From: Octopus sinensis
Taxonomy: Eukaryota
Direction: 5' to 3'
Assembly (NCBI RefSeq): GCF_006345805.1
Contig: NC_043019.1
Span: forward strand, 4,401,360-4,465,359
Length of the DNA: 64,000 nt
Shown here: piece after piece, positions 1 through 10,878 of the stretch
Numbering within the stretch: the stretch's first letter is position 1
Layout: each line of letters begins with the position of its first letter
The notes under the pieces: model-generated
The model's input: only the letters and a program-made list of their open reading frames with translations
Databases searched by the model: none
Told to the model about the DNA's origin: nothing
Program-made: the position numbers and the translations under genes

Positions 1-139
1 GGGAGCATCATAGCCATGTGTTGAGAGGGATTCTTTGGGGTTTGAATAATTCACCTCTGGAAACAGGGGTGGTTCATTCAACATCCTTAAACAACCCTTA
101 TTTAGGGACCTTTTGAGTGGGATGGGCTACTTTCGATCG

Positions 140-399
140 GGTTTCATGGCAAAAAATTCATCAAGGTATCTTTTTACGTCATCCAAGGAATTGAAATTTT
201 TACCATTAAGACTATTCTGCAGAAACCTGAATAAGTGGAAATCCGAAGGAGTAATATCTGGAGAATATGGAGGGTGGGGTAACACATCCCAGCCAAGCTG
301 CAGCAATTTTGTCTGGTTCCCAAAGCATCAAGTGCTGAAAATGAACTTTCTTATCTTCCCTTTTAAAGGGTTACAGAATTAATACTGGTTATAGGAGCA
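140..399 (-). mobile_element. Truncated copy of the non-autonomous mariner deletion derivative (same family as 19555-20117)
   Basis: Near-identical to 19717-19975. The minus strand encodes ..QKLLQLGWDVLPHPPYSPDITPSDFHLFRFLQNSLNGKNFNSLDDVKRYLDEFFAMKP, the mariner C-terminal YSPD(L)APSD region. Confidence 0.85.
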
Positions 400-770
400 A
401 AATCCTCGGAGTGTCTGTTTGTGTCCCCAAAGTCCATCCTCTCCTCACTGTGGTGGGGACACTGGCAACGGGTAGAGTCAGAGCTATGCCGTCGAGAACT
501 TCGGTTCCTGGTAGGGCCACCCAAGGCGGATTTGGTCTGACACCGAGTGGTATTAGGGCCACAACCCGGCAGACGGGGCTCTGGTGAAAATCTTCGGAGT
601 GTCTGTTTCGACAACCAGCGGCTCTTCGGTCATTCTGTCCCTGCGTCTGCGGACAATCTGCGACAAACAGGATGTCTCTACATGCGGGATTGTTGGGGAC
701 CGCTTATGAAATCCACATATTCCCACGAAACTTCTTCTAAGGTAGAAGCCGACTCAACCCGCCCAGGGTG
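400..770 (-). mobile_element. GC-rich segment resembling the 5' UTR of an RTE-clade LINE
   Basis: The minus strand has GGTGGCCCTACCAGGAAC..CGACGGCATAGCTCT, which I recall from RTE 5' UTRs. No ORF evidence. Confidence 0.3.
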
Positions 771-854
771 AATGTCACCACAAGTACACGTACAAGTACA
801 AAATCAGTCAACCACAAGCCTCTTCAACCTTAATTCGCAACATGAATGTAGAGT

Positions 855-1109
855 GAAGTAAAGATACCTCCTCAAGTCATACTGACACATAGGGGCCAAT
901 TTCCTGGTGTTATGGAGTATGTATTTCCCACCTGGATGGGACACCGGTCCACCGCAGGGTTACTCAGTTTTACAAGCTGACTCGACTGGAACAAAGTGAA
1001 AATGAAGTGTTTTGCTCAAGAACACAATGCATCGCCCACTCCAGGAATTGAAATCGCAATCTTGTGATCAGGAGTCCAACACCCTAACCACTAGGCTATG
1101 TGCCTCCAC
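855..1109 (-). mobile_element. tRNA-derived SINE (family B, GAGGCRCATGGCTCAGTGGTTAG head)
   Basis: Pol III A/B-box-like head on the minus strand, then the TGTTCTTGAGCAAAACACTT..CCAGTC core. Many copies in the window. Confidence 0.75.
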
Positions 1110-1173
1110 AAAAAGTTAGCTTCTCAAATCATACCAACTCATAAGGGCCAGTTTCTTGATGTCATGGCATATA

Positions 1174-1557
1174 AGGAAGCACTCCGTCGGTTACGACGAT
1201 GAGGGTTCCGGTTGATCCGATCAACAGAACAGCCTGCTCGTGAAATTAACATGTAAGTGGCTGAGCACTCCACAGACACGTGCACCCTTAACATAGTTCT
1301 CGGGGATATTCAGCGTGACACAGAGAGTGACAAGGCCGGCCCTTTGAAATACAGGTACAACAGAAACAGGAAGTAAGAGTGAGAGAAAGTTGTGGTGAAA
1401 AAGTACAGCAGGGATCACCACCATCCCTGCCGAAGCCTCGTGGAGCTTTTAGGTGTTTTCGCTCAATAAACACTCACAACGCCCGGTCTGGGAATCGAAA
1501 CCGCGATCCTACGACCGCGAGTCCGCTGCCCTAACCACTGGGCCATTGCGCCTCCAC
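1174..1557 (-). mobile_element. tRNA-derived SINE (family R, GTGGAGGCGCAATGGCCCAGTGG head) inserted into a family B SINE
   Basis: Intact head at 1557. The 10-bp TSD ATGGCATATA is at 1164-1173 and 1558-1567. The host SINE continues at 1110-1173 and 1558-1745. Confidence 0.85.
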
Positions 1558-1789
1558 ATGGCATATATATTCCCCGCTTAAATGGTCAGTTACAGGACTA
1601 CTTATTACTCAGGATTACTCAGCTGGAGTAACGTGAAATGAAGTGTTTTGCTCAAGAACACAGCACATCACCCAGTCCAGGAATCGAAACCACAATCTTA
1701 CAATCATGAGTCCAATACCCTAACCACTAAGCCGTGTGCCTCCACATTACATTAATGCTAGTACTGTACCTGTTTTTCCTCCTACTGGT

Positions 1790-2020
1790 ATCATCATCAT
1801 CATCATCATGATCGTTTAACGTCCGCTTTCCATGCTAGCATGGGTTGGACAGTTCAACCGGGGTCTGGGAAGCCAGAAGGCTGCACCAAGCCCAGTCAGA
1901 TCTGGCGGTGTTTCTACAGCTGGATGCCCTTCCTAATGCCAACCACTCCGTGAGTGTAGTGGGTGCTTTTTATGTGCCACCGGCACAGGTGCCATACGAT
2001 GCTGGCAAACGTCCATGATC
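1790..2020 (-). mobile_element. 5'-truncated RTE LINE 3' end with (GAT)n tail
   Basis: Matches the 3' UTR of the longer RTE copies at 41548-42730 and 54223-55400 (CATCATCGTTTAACGTCCG..GGATGCCCTTCCTAA). Confidence 0.8.
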
Positions 2021-2024
2021 GGTA

Positions 2025-2386
2025 TCTCTATATATATAAACGGCAAAATGTCAGTGTATCCTTTATACAAATCCACAATTTTTCAGTTAGAGGGCTCACA
2101 CTTTCTATGGCCAGTCAAAACCGTCCAAGGGTGGTCGTGCACATCTTTACATTTCCCCAGTCACCCCGCAAAGCCATTAAAAAATCAATAGAAGTGACTT
2201 TTTTGTGAATTTTCTATCCAAAACCCAATCAAAATGCCCGAAACTTGATACGCCAATTGAATGCCAGCTAGCTGCATGTGATTGGTCGGAGATTTGGACA
2301 GTACTCGCGTGTATGTGCGCACGCACGCAGCTGTATATGCATGCACTAGCACTATGACCCGATGTTGCCAGGGTCATAGTGCTGGT
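2025..2386 (+). mobile_element. Non-autonomous Helitron-like element
   Basis: Starts TCTCTATATATATAAA. Ends in a 16-bp hairpin (ACTAGCACTATGACCC 2345-2360 / GGGTCATAGTGCTGGT 2371-2386) with a CTRGT-like terminus. Confidence 0.55.
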
Positions 2387-2481
2387 TAATTTTATTGCTT
2401 GTGGGTTCCAGTGCCACACAAAAGTGCACACGCCGGTGTCATGTAAAAGTGATATTACCAGTGCTAAGTCAATGCACCTGT

Positions 2482-2760
2482 GTGAAGGTGCGTGGCTTAG
2501 TGGTTAGGGCATTCGGCTCATGATCCTAAGGTCATGAATTCAATTCCTGTCCTTGAGCAACACACTTTATTTCACATTGCTCCAGTCCACTCAGCTGGAA
2601 AAAATGAGTGACACCTGTATTTCAAAGGGCCAGCCTTGTCACACTCTGTGTCACGCTGAATATCCCTGAGAACTACGTTAAGGGTACACGTGCCTGTGGA
2701 GCGCTCAGCCTCTTGCACATTAATTTCACGAGCAAGCTTTTCCATTGACCCTCATCGTTG
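2482..2760 (+). mobile_element. tRNA-derived SINE, family B head
   Basis: GTGAAGGTGCGTGGCTTAGTGGTTAGG head followed by the TCCTTGAGCAACACACTTTATTTCAC core. Confidence 0.7.
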
Positions 2761-2880
2761 CAACCGACAGAGTGCTCCTCTAAATGCACCTGTTCTTGTA
2801 CCATGTAAAATCGCCTCTGCCAGAGCTACATAAAAGTACCTCATGCCAGTACCATGTTTAAAGCACCCAATACACTCTAT

Positions 2881-3186
2881 GTGGAGGCACATGACCTAGT
2901 GGTTAGAGCAGCAGACTCGCGGTCAAGGGATTGTGGGTTCAAATCTCAGACCGGACGATGTGTGTGTTTATGAGCGAAAACACTTAAGCTCCATGCGGAT
3001 CTGGCAGAAGGTAATGGCAAACTTCTGCTGACTCTTTTGCCACAACTTTCTCTCACTCTTTCCTCCTGCATCTCGCAGCTCACCTGTGATGGACTGGCGT
3101 CCAGTCCAGGTGGGAAACCTATAAGCCAAGGAAACCGGGAAACCGGCCCTTATGAGCCAGGCATAGCTCGAGAAGGAACAAACAAC
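2881..3186 (+). mobile_element. tRNA-derived SINE, family R head with GGAAACCGGGAAACCGGCCCTTATGAGCC tail
   Basis: Head and tail shared with 14210-14480 and 38820-39310. Confidence 0.75.
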
Positions 3187-3199
3187 AATACACTCTATA

Positions 3200-3590
3200 A
3201 AGTGGTTGTCATTAGGAAGGGCATTCAGCCATAGAAACCATGCCAGGACAGACAAATGGAGCCCAGGCAGTTCTCCAGTTGGTCAGCTCCTGTCAAAACA
3301 TCCAAACCATGCCAGCATGGAGAATGGACATTAATTCTTTAGATTTATTTGCCAAATCTGTGCCAGTGGCACGTACAAAGCACCAACCAATCGTGGCCGC
3401 TGCCAGCCTCCCCTGGCACCTGTGCCAGTGGCACATAAAAAGCACCCAGTACACTCACGGAGTGGTTGGCTGTAGAAACACTGCTAGATCAGACTGGAGC
3501 CTGGTACAGCCTCCTGGCTTCCCAGACCCCGGCCGAACCGTCCAACCCGTGCTAGCATGGAAAACGGATGTTAAACGATGATGATCATCA
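3200..3590 (+). mobile_element. RTE LINE 3' end fragments
   Basis: TTAGGAAGGGCATTCAGC..GCTAGCATGGAAAACGGATGTTAAACGATGATG tail. Confidence 0.7.
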
Positions 3591-4027
3591 TCACTTATCT
3601 ATTCACATAGTTTTGAATTAATCTCACATTATTTTGTAGCTTCAAGATTTCAATGGTATGCCTGTATATTTAGAGAATGACATTGTAGGGTAGGTGTGAG
3701 AGGTTGAATCTGATCAGTTTTAACATAAAAACAAATAGTTTATTTGAGCCAGATATGGCTGGATTAAATGCTACAGGGTTAAATGATGATGATGATGATC
3801 TTAATGTCTTGTTATGGTAGTTGTGCTGGTATTTTGGGGCTGTTGACATTAGAGCCTTCCTGTCTACAAAACAGGATAGCTATCCCTTTTCTTCTTTCCA
3901 TTCCACCCCTTAATTGAATACACTGGGAATGGTTGTGGGTATGTATGTATGTGTATCTACCCATATAGATATGGAAAGATGTAGCCTGGGACTTCAACAC
4001 AATGCCCTGAGTTAAACCAGTCCACTG

Positions 4028-4340
4028 ATCATCATCATCATCATCATCATCGTTTAACGTCCGTTTTCCATGCTAGCATGGGTTGGACGGTTCGGCCGGG
4101 GTCTGGGAAGCCAGGAGGCTGCACCAGGCTCCAGTCTGGTCTGGCAGTGTTTCTACACCTGGATGCCCTTCCTAACGCCAACCACTCCGTGAGTATAGTG
4201 GGTGCATTTTTGTGCCAGGGGAGGCTGGCAGCCGACACGATTGGTTGGTGCTTTTTATGTGCCACCAGCACAGAAGCCAATCAAGGCGGCGCTGGCATCG
4301 GCCACGTTCGGATGGTGCTCTTTACATGCCACCGGCACAG
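4028..4340 (-). mobile_element. RTE LINE 3' end with (GAT)n tail
   Basis: Same 3' UTR as 54223-54640. Confidence 0.8.
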
Positions 4341-4782
4341 GTGATAATTTGCATAATGGGGGTATATATTGATTTCAAATTATGGCACAAGGCCAGCAAT
4401 TTTAGGACAATTAGGTAAGTTGATTACATCAACCCCAGTGTTCAACTAGTACTTATTTTATCGACCCCACCAAAGGATGAAAGGCAAAGTCAACCTTGAC
4501 AAATTTGAACTCAGAACATAAAAACAGACAAAATTTCACTAAGCATTTTGCCCAACATGTTAATGATTCTCCCAGCTCACTACCTTAAAAGAAGTTATAT
4601 TGAGCATTGAACACCATTAATTGTATTTTTTGCTAAACACCGAAGAGGTAATTTAATAAGATTATATAACGTTTCAACAAACAATTATGTAATCCTGGCA
4701 GTTAATTTAGAGAAATATGTGTATGATATATAAATCATAACATACCAAATATGTTTCCAGTATTTTATTAATATTATATATG

Positions 4783-5045
4783 TCATCATCATCATCATTT
4801 AACGTCCACTTTCCATGCTGGCATGGGTTGGACGATTTGACTGAGGTCTGGTGATCCAGACTCCAATATGATCTGGCAGAGTTTCTACAGCTGGATGCCC
4901 TTCCTAATGCCAACTACTCTGAGAGTGTAGTGCGTGCTTTTACGTGCCACCGGCATGAGGGACAGTTTGGTGGTACTGGCAACGGCCACACCCAAATGGT
5001 GCTTTTTACGTGTCACCTGCACAGGAGCCAGTCCAGCGGCACTAG
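4783..5045 (-). mobile_element. RTE LINE 3' end
   Basis: (CAT)n-TTTAACGTCCACTTTCCATGCTGGCATGGG motif. Confidence 0.7.
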
Positions 5046-5325
5046 CCTTTTGCTGAAGGGAAGAAAATCTTTATCTTTGACTGCTCTTCAGTTCTACCAA
5101 GTAGCTATAAATAGCTACCAGGTCCCTGAATCAGCTGGGACCCTCACCAACAATCCAAAGGAAGATTTATCTTTAAATCACTTCATAAAACGAGGCCAGA
5201 GCTAAACAGTGGCTAAAAACTAATGAGACATTTTACTGTCACATTTCCTGTCACAAGAAAGCTAGAATTTCAAACACGAAGAAAGACTAAGGAATTCCAT
5301 TGAAATAAAGTTAAAAGTTCCTTAC

Positions 5326-5436
5326 CTTCAGTTTGTGTCTTCTTCCCAAAATCATGGATTTGAATTTGTAGCTTATTCAACTCGGAAAGTAACTTATCAT
5401 GTTTCACTTCCATTTCACTAAGCTGTCGGTTCAATC
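5326..5436 (-). CDS. Internal coding exon of a coiled-coil protein gene (111 nt, phase 1 to 1): LNRQLSEMEVKHDKLLSELNKLQIQIHDFGKKTQTE
   Basis: Acceptor ..CTTACCCTCAG|GA and strong donor GAAG|GTAAGG. Unique non-repeat sequence, heptad-like peptide, phase matches the exon at 19339-19430. Confidence 0.85.
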
Positions 5437-5532
5437 CTGAGGGTAAGCTGTCTGCCCATGTACATATATATATATATATATAAAGAATATAAATAAAACA
5501 TAAAAACAGACAGTGTTGGAATTTCTTTGAAT

Positions 5533-5630
<98 letters not shown>

Positions 5631-5730
5631 TATATAACGGTGGTGCATCAGCATAGCCGCAGCTCTGAGCTGAAACTAGAAAAAAAAATATGTATATATA
5701 TATATTATATATAATCAAATATATATATAT

Positions 5731-5792
<62 letters not shown>

Positions 5793-5891
5793 GGAGTAAA
5801 CACATAAATGTGAAACAGGTGGAAAAAAGAGTACTCAAATACCAGTGGTAGAGTAATATGCTTTATTTTAAGCAGCAGAAAATTCAACAAT

Positions 5892-5929
5892 CTGTTACTC
5901 TGAGTTTCTCGTTGCCGTTCATCAGACAG
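5892..5929 (-). ncRNA. Minimal type I hammerhead ribozyme motif (sense to the host pre-mRNA)
   Basis: Minus strand: CTGT-CTGATGA-ACG GCAA CGA-GAAA-CTC A GAG-TA-ACAG. 4-bp stem I, GNRA-capped stem II with an A.A mismatch, stem III with a 1-nt loop, GUA cleavage triplet. Confidence 0.7.
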
Positions 5930-5942
5930 TTTTTGCTAGAAA

Positions 5943-5980
5943 CTGTCTGATGAACGGCAACGAGAAACTCAGAGTAACAG
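5943..5980 (+). ncRNA. Minimal type I hammerhead ribozyme motif (mirror copy)
   Basis: Exact reverse complement of 5892-5929. Confidence 0.7.
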
Positions 5981-6816
5981 ATTTTGTTGAATTTTCTGCT
6001 GCTTAAAATAAAGTATATATATATATAATATATATTATATATATATATATATATAATATATATAATATATATATACATACATACATACATATATATATAT
6101 ATCTATACATACATACATACATATTATATATACATATATATATGCCTAAATAATATGCTTTAAATAAAGCATATTACTCTACCACTGGTATTTGAGTACT
6201 CTTTTTTCCACCTTGTTTCACATTTATGTGTTTACTCCGGTATATATATATATATATATATTATTCAAAGGAATTCCAACTCTGTTTTTCTGTTTTATTT
6301 ATATTCTTTATAATATTAATGTAGAATATATAGTATAAAAAGTATAAAAAGTATATATAGTAGTATAATGAAATGTAGTATCGATTCTCTTATTGAACAG
6401 ATGAAATATTGAATATCAAACATTAAGGGACTAGTATACTTTCTTGCATTAAAGCAGGGGTAAATGACTCTGCCAGCTCGCAATCTTCAGACAAATCTAA
6501 ATACCACAAGATGTTTTGTGGTATTTAGAGATGTCTGTTTTAGATAAGAAATAATTAGACATTTATTTAGATATGAGAATTTAATTGCAAACGAAATTAC
6601 AGACTGATAAAGAATTCTTTGTTTTTGTTGTTGTTTGGCCCCAGCTCAGTCATGGTTCAAGACAATCTGTGGTCAAAAGTATTTCAACCTTGACCAATTC
6701 GTCCTTTATTAAGATACAGTGTTTCTTAGATGACATTATACAATGAGTCTCTTATTTTTTAGGACGCCAGGGTATGACTTGAAGAAAATTTGGCTCTTAT
6801 TTCTAGCAGACAGCTA

Positions 6817-7230
6817 GGATCTTTTCGGTTTGAACGGCAGTTTTTTCTAGCGGTGTCATATGAAATTGTCACCCATAATTATGACCCTAGAATCGATCTA
6901 TTGCATTTCAATATGTTTTAGGGTTAGGGTTAGGGGTGGGGGAAAGGTATCTTTTTTTTCTTCACAAATGTAAATAAACCCAATCTGTTTCTTAAACGAG
7001 GGACATATTTATACGGCACAGAATGCTTTTTAACTCAACAGACGTCATTGATTGGTTGAAATTACAGAAATTGAAGAAAAACAACAAATATCTGACAAAC
7101 TATACAATTTTCTCAATAAAGCCAAGAGAAAAAGATATTTTATAAACACATTCTACCAGTATACAAAGTTTAAATTTTTTTAGTTACCTAGAAATTATGT
7201 TAAAAACTGCCGTTCAAACAGAAAAGATCC
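6817..7230. mobile_element. MITE with GGATCTTTTCGGTTTGAACGGCAGTTTTT TIRs (Merlin-like)
   Basis: About 29-bp TIRs. Decayed 8-bp TSD GACAGCTA/GACATTTA. Internal TTAGGG repeats. Family copies at 21540 and 34601. Confidence 0.85.
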
Positions 7231-7374
7231 GACATTTAGTTTAGCCTGGTTCTCAGCGGCCATGCTGATGCACCGCCGTTTTGTGCTACACTGTTACTAC
7301 TAAGAGCCTCCTCTAATATGTGGCACTTGGTGAAGAATGGAGTTTGATATAGCTACCCTCATTTGCACCTCTTG

Positions 7375-7640
7375 CCGTTAGGTAGGTTCATCTGAGACTC
7401 TCGACAGGAAGAGGTCCAGCTTTGACTTAAAAACCCCTACATCTACTTTGTGCAAGTTCCTCAGACTCTTTGGGAGAATATTAAAAAGCTGTGGGCCCTG
7501 GAAACCCAGGCTGTTGCAGTAAATGGTCCTGAAGTGTGATGGTATTGCTGGGACCTTTGGCACTATGCAGTGTCATCCCGTTCTGGCATTGGTGTAGCTT
7601 TCAATGCCAAAATTTGGCACAATTCCTTCCAGGATCTTCC
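7375..7640 (-). mobile_element. CR1/L2-group LINE ORF2 C-terminal fragment
   Basis: NSLGFQGPQLFNILPKSLRNLHKVDVGVFKSKLDLFLSRVSDEP resembles the typical CR1 C-terminus. Confidence 0.75.
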
Positions 7641-7760
7641 AGATATATATCTTATTCTCATAGCGATAATGTTAGAGGAAATTTTGATGTTCACAAGACT
7701 GCTCCTTTCTTAGATGCTATTAAAGAATGCAGAGCGAAAAAAAAAAAGGCCTTTGGCTAC

Positions 7761-9051
7761 CATATTTAATGTATATACACAGTTGATAGGCCAGTTACTG
7801 CAGTATTTATCCTGAGATAACATCTCTTATGGACATGATGTGTTTAAAACAATAAATATCGGACAGTGACAAAAATTTATCCCAGCAGCAGTCATAAAGG
7901 ATGCCATACATATTTTGACCATTTTAATGGCATGTGCTCACAGCTAGCTACATGTTTGGAGGAGAATTCACTGCACCTGATAAAGGAAAAAATAAATAAT
8001 GATGTTGCAAAAAGCCGCTCAGCGGAATAAAAATCCAGTATCTGAGGCAATATTAAATTAAAGTAGTCCTCTATGTATCATATTTAATGTAGATACACTA
8101 TTGATAGAACAGTTACTGTAGTATTGGTCTTGAGATAACATCTTTTACAGATGAGCTGTGTTCAAAACAAAATAAATATGAGAGGGAGACAAGAATTCCT
8201 TGTAGCAGAGACTAGCAAATAACGACAAATACTTTTTGACTTTTTTTGCGTTATTGATTCAAATTTCCATCTCCTTCTGAAATTTATTGTGCAAAGAGCA
8301 CCATACGAGTGTGATCGTTTGACAGAGTGGCTAACCAGCTTCCGTGCCAGTGGCACATAAAACGGCACCATTCAAGTCTGATGATTACCAGTGTCGCCTT
8401 GCTGACACTTGTGCCTGTGCTAGTAGGGTGCCCATAGCACCATCCGAGCGTGATCGTTGACAGAGCGGCTAACCAGCTTCCATGCCAGTGGCACATAAAA
8501 GGGCACCATTCGAGTATGATGATTACCAGTGTCGCCTTACTGACACTTGTGCCTGTGCTAGTAGGGTGCCCATAGCACCATCCGAGCGTGATCGTTGCCA
8601 GAACAGCCAACTGGCTTCCGTGCCGGTGGCACGTAAAAGGGCAAAGCATTCGAGCATGATCGTTACCAATGTCGCCTTACTGGCACCTGTGCTGGTGGCA
8701 TGTGTAAAAAGATTTGACCGAGGTGATTGCCAGTACCGCCTGACTGGCCTCCGTGCCGGTGGTACGTGAAAAGCACCCACTACACTCTCAGAGTGGTTGG
8801 CGTTAGGAAGGGCATCCAGCTGTACAAATTCTGTCAGATCAAGATTGGAGCCTGGTGTGCAGCCATCTGGTTCGCCAGCCCTCAGTCAAACCGTCCAACC
8901 CTTGCTAACATGGAAAGCGAACGTTAAACGATGATGATGATGATGATGATGATGATTTAACACAGCTCATTGGTAAGAGATCTTATCTCAAGAGAAATAC
9001 CACAGTAACTGGCCTATTGATTGTGTGTATACATTAAGTATGATACACAGA
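7761..9051. repeat. Three copies of a ~90-bp repeat (7761-7855 and 8079-8175 direct; 8957-9051 inverted)
   Basis: Shared CATATTTAATGTA.ATACAC..TTGATAG..CAGTTACTG.AGTATT..TC.TGAGATAACATC. The inverted pair may be the ends of a MITE into which the RTE piece inserted. Confidence 0.55.
8265..8956 (+). mobile_element. RTE LINE 3' UTR with an internal ~60-bp VNTR and (GAT)n tail
   Basis: Alternating CACCAT(T/C)CGAG(C/T)(A/G)TGAT units, then TTAGGAAGGGCATCCAGC and the GATGATG tail. Confidence 0.8.
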
Positions 9052-9655
9052 TGGCTATTTTAATTTAATAGTACTTCAAGTGCATATACCAGGTTTACTT
9101 ATTCAGTAGAGTAAAACGATTTTGAAGAAGTTTTACCTTTGTTTATTGATGGTTGTTGCTTGAGGTCTGTAACAGAATCTTTCGGAATATCTTGAGGGTT
9201 TCTCTCCAGTTCATATTGTCTCATAGCTGTAACATACATACATATATATGTATATGTGTGTGTGGGTGTGTACCTACCTACATACATACATACATACATA
9301 CATGATGGCTGCCCCCCTCGTTATCGAGTATAGCCATTGCACGAAGCTTAACTGTTATTGGTGCTGTGATCGAATGTGACTTTTATTTGCTTTTTAAGGC
9401 TACAGCCAGCCATTCAGTTGAGACTCACAGCACTATCAACAATCATGAACAATGTTGCTATCATGCAATGCCTGTGCAAAGATATGTTTTTTAAAGTGAG
9501 GAAAGGCTGTGCACTGAGTCAATCCCACTCACTAAGCAACAGCATATTTCTATGTCCCCGCGCATGATACACCCTTAAGCCTTAAAAAAAAATACACATT
9601 TATTGGATGGCCATTGACTCTCAAGAGTTCCTCCGCCCTTTGTACATATATATAT

Positions 9656-9705
<50 letters not shown>

Positions 9706-9764
9706 CACCGTGATCACCGTGACTGACCAGGCTATCAAATGTTGCTACACATCGCTGGTCACAA

Positions 9765-10012
9765 TGATCTTCCCATTGTTTTAGCCGTCAAATGACGCCA
9801 ACCCGCTGGCTAAGCGAGCAGGCCAACAGAAGAAAGAGTGAGAGAAAGTTGTGGCAAAAGAGTACAGCAGGGATGGCCACCATCCCCTGTCGGAGCCTTG
9901 TGGAGCTTTAGGCGTTTTCATTCAATAAACACTCACAACGCCCAGTCTGGGAATCGAAACCGCGATCCTACAACCGCGAGTCTGCTGCCCTAACCACTGG
10001 CCATTGCGCCTC

Positions 10013-10014
<2 letters not shown>
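9765..10014 (-). mobile_element. tRNA-derived SINE family R
   Basis: Head nearly identical to 1400-1557. Confidence 0.8.
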
Positions 10015-10080
<66 letters not shown>

Positions 10081-10280
10081 TATTATATATTACATACACA
10101 TATACACACATTGATGTATATACATAGTAATACAGACATGTAAATGATTTATTATAAAATATAATAAAATCATTCATACCTGATTATGAAGTTACAAAAC
10201 AATTGTTGTTAAATAGGAATATACAATGGTAAAATAAATTTTATATATTTATATACGTGTGTGTGTGTGTGTGTGTGTGT

Positions 10281-10850
10281 GAAGGCGCATGGCTCAGTGG
10301 TTAGAGCGTCGCACTTACGATCGCGGGGTTGTGAGTTCGAATACCAGACTGGGCTGTGTGTTGTGTTCTTGAGCAAGACACTTTATTTCACGTTGCTCCA
10401 GTTCACTCAGCTGTAGAAATGAGTTGCGACGTCACAGGTGCCAAGCTGTATCGGCCCCTTTGCCTTTCCCTTGGATAACACTGGTAGCATGGAGAGGGGA
10501 AGATGGTAGGCGGCGAGCTGGCAGAAACGTTAGCACGCCGGGCGAAATGCGTAGCCGTATTTCGTCTGCCGTTACGTTCTGAGTTCAAATTCCGCCGAGG
10601 TTGACTTTGCCTTTCATCCTTTCAGGGTCGATTAAATAAGTACCAGTTACGCACTGGGGTCGATATAATCGACTTAATCCATTTGTCTGTCCTCTCTGTG
10701 TTTGGCCCCTTGTGGGTAGTAAAGAAATAGGTATGCATGGACGACTGGTGGTCTTCCATAAATAACCTTGCCCGGACTTGTGCCTTGGAGGGTAACTTTC
10801 TAGATGCAATCCCACGGTCATTCAGAAAAAATGACCGAAGGGGGTCTTAG
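10281..10850 (+). mobile_element. SINE family B with a nested Nin/Deu-type SINE (about 10508-10730)
   Basis: Family B head GAAGGCGCATGGCTCAGTGG. The insert begins GGCGGCGAGCTGGCAGAAACG and contains GTTGACTTTGCCTTTCATCCTTTCAGGGTCGAT. Confidence 0.85.
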
Positions 10851-10878
10851 CATGTATATATATATATATATATATATA

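Larger units (their letters stand above)
5481..6312. repeat. Large imperfect palindrome (Penelope-type inverted terminal piece) interrupted by (TA)n
   Basis: 5861-5932 is the reverse complement of 5940-6013. 5791-5868 is the reverse complement of about 6161-6240. 5481-5538 is the reverse complement of about 6260-6312. Confidence 0.9.

Noticed and set aside
1490-1557. tRNA-like sequences (also 10281-10340, 26628-26700 and others)
   Set aside because: SINE heads. They lack a complete acceptor stem and run directly into SINE bodies.
3790-3865. Possible next or terminal exon (GTTTTGTAG|AC..RKALMSTAPKYQHNYHNKTLR)
   Set aside because: Phase-compatible, but it has no donor and runs into repeat sequence. 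Too weak to call.
6918-6935. TTAGGG repeats suggesting an interstitial telomere
   Set aside because: Only 2-3 units, and they are an internal part of every copy of the MITE.
7910-7976. Exon-like segment (TTTATCAG|G..CSEFSSKHVASCEHMPLKWSKY..|GTATGG)
   Set aside because: Phase 2-to-0 does not fit between the flanking exons, and the alternative donor would create a TGA with the next exon.
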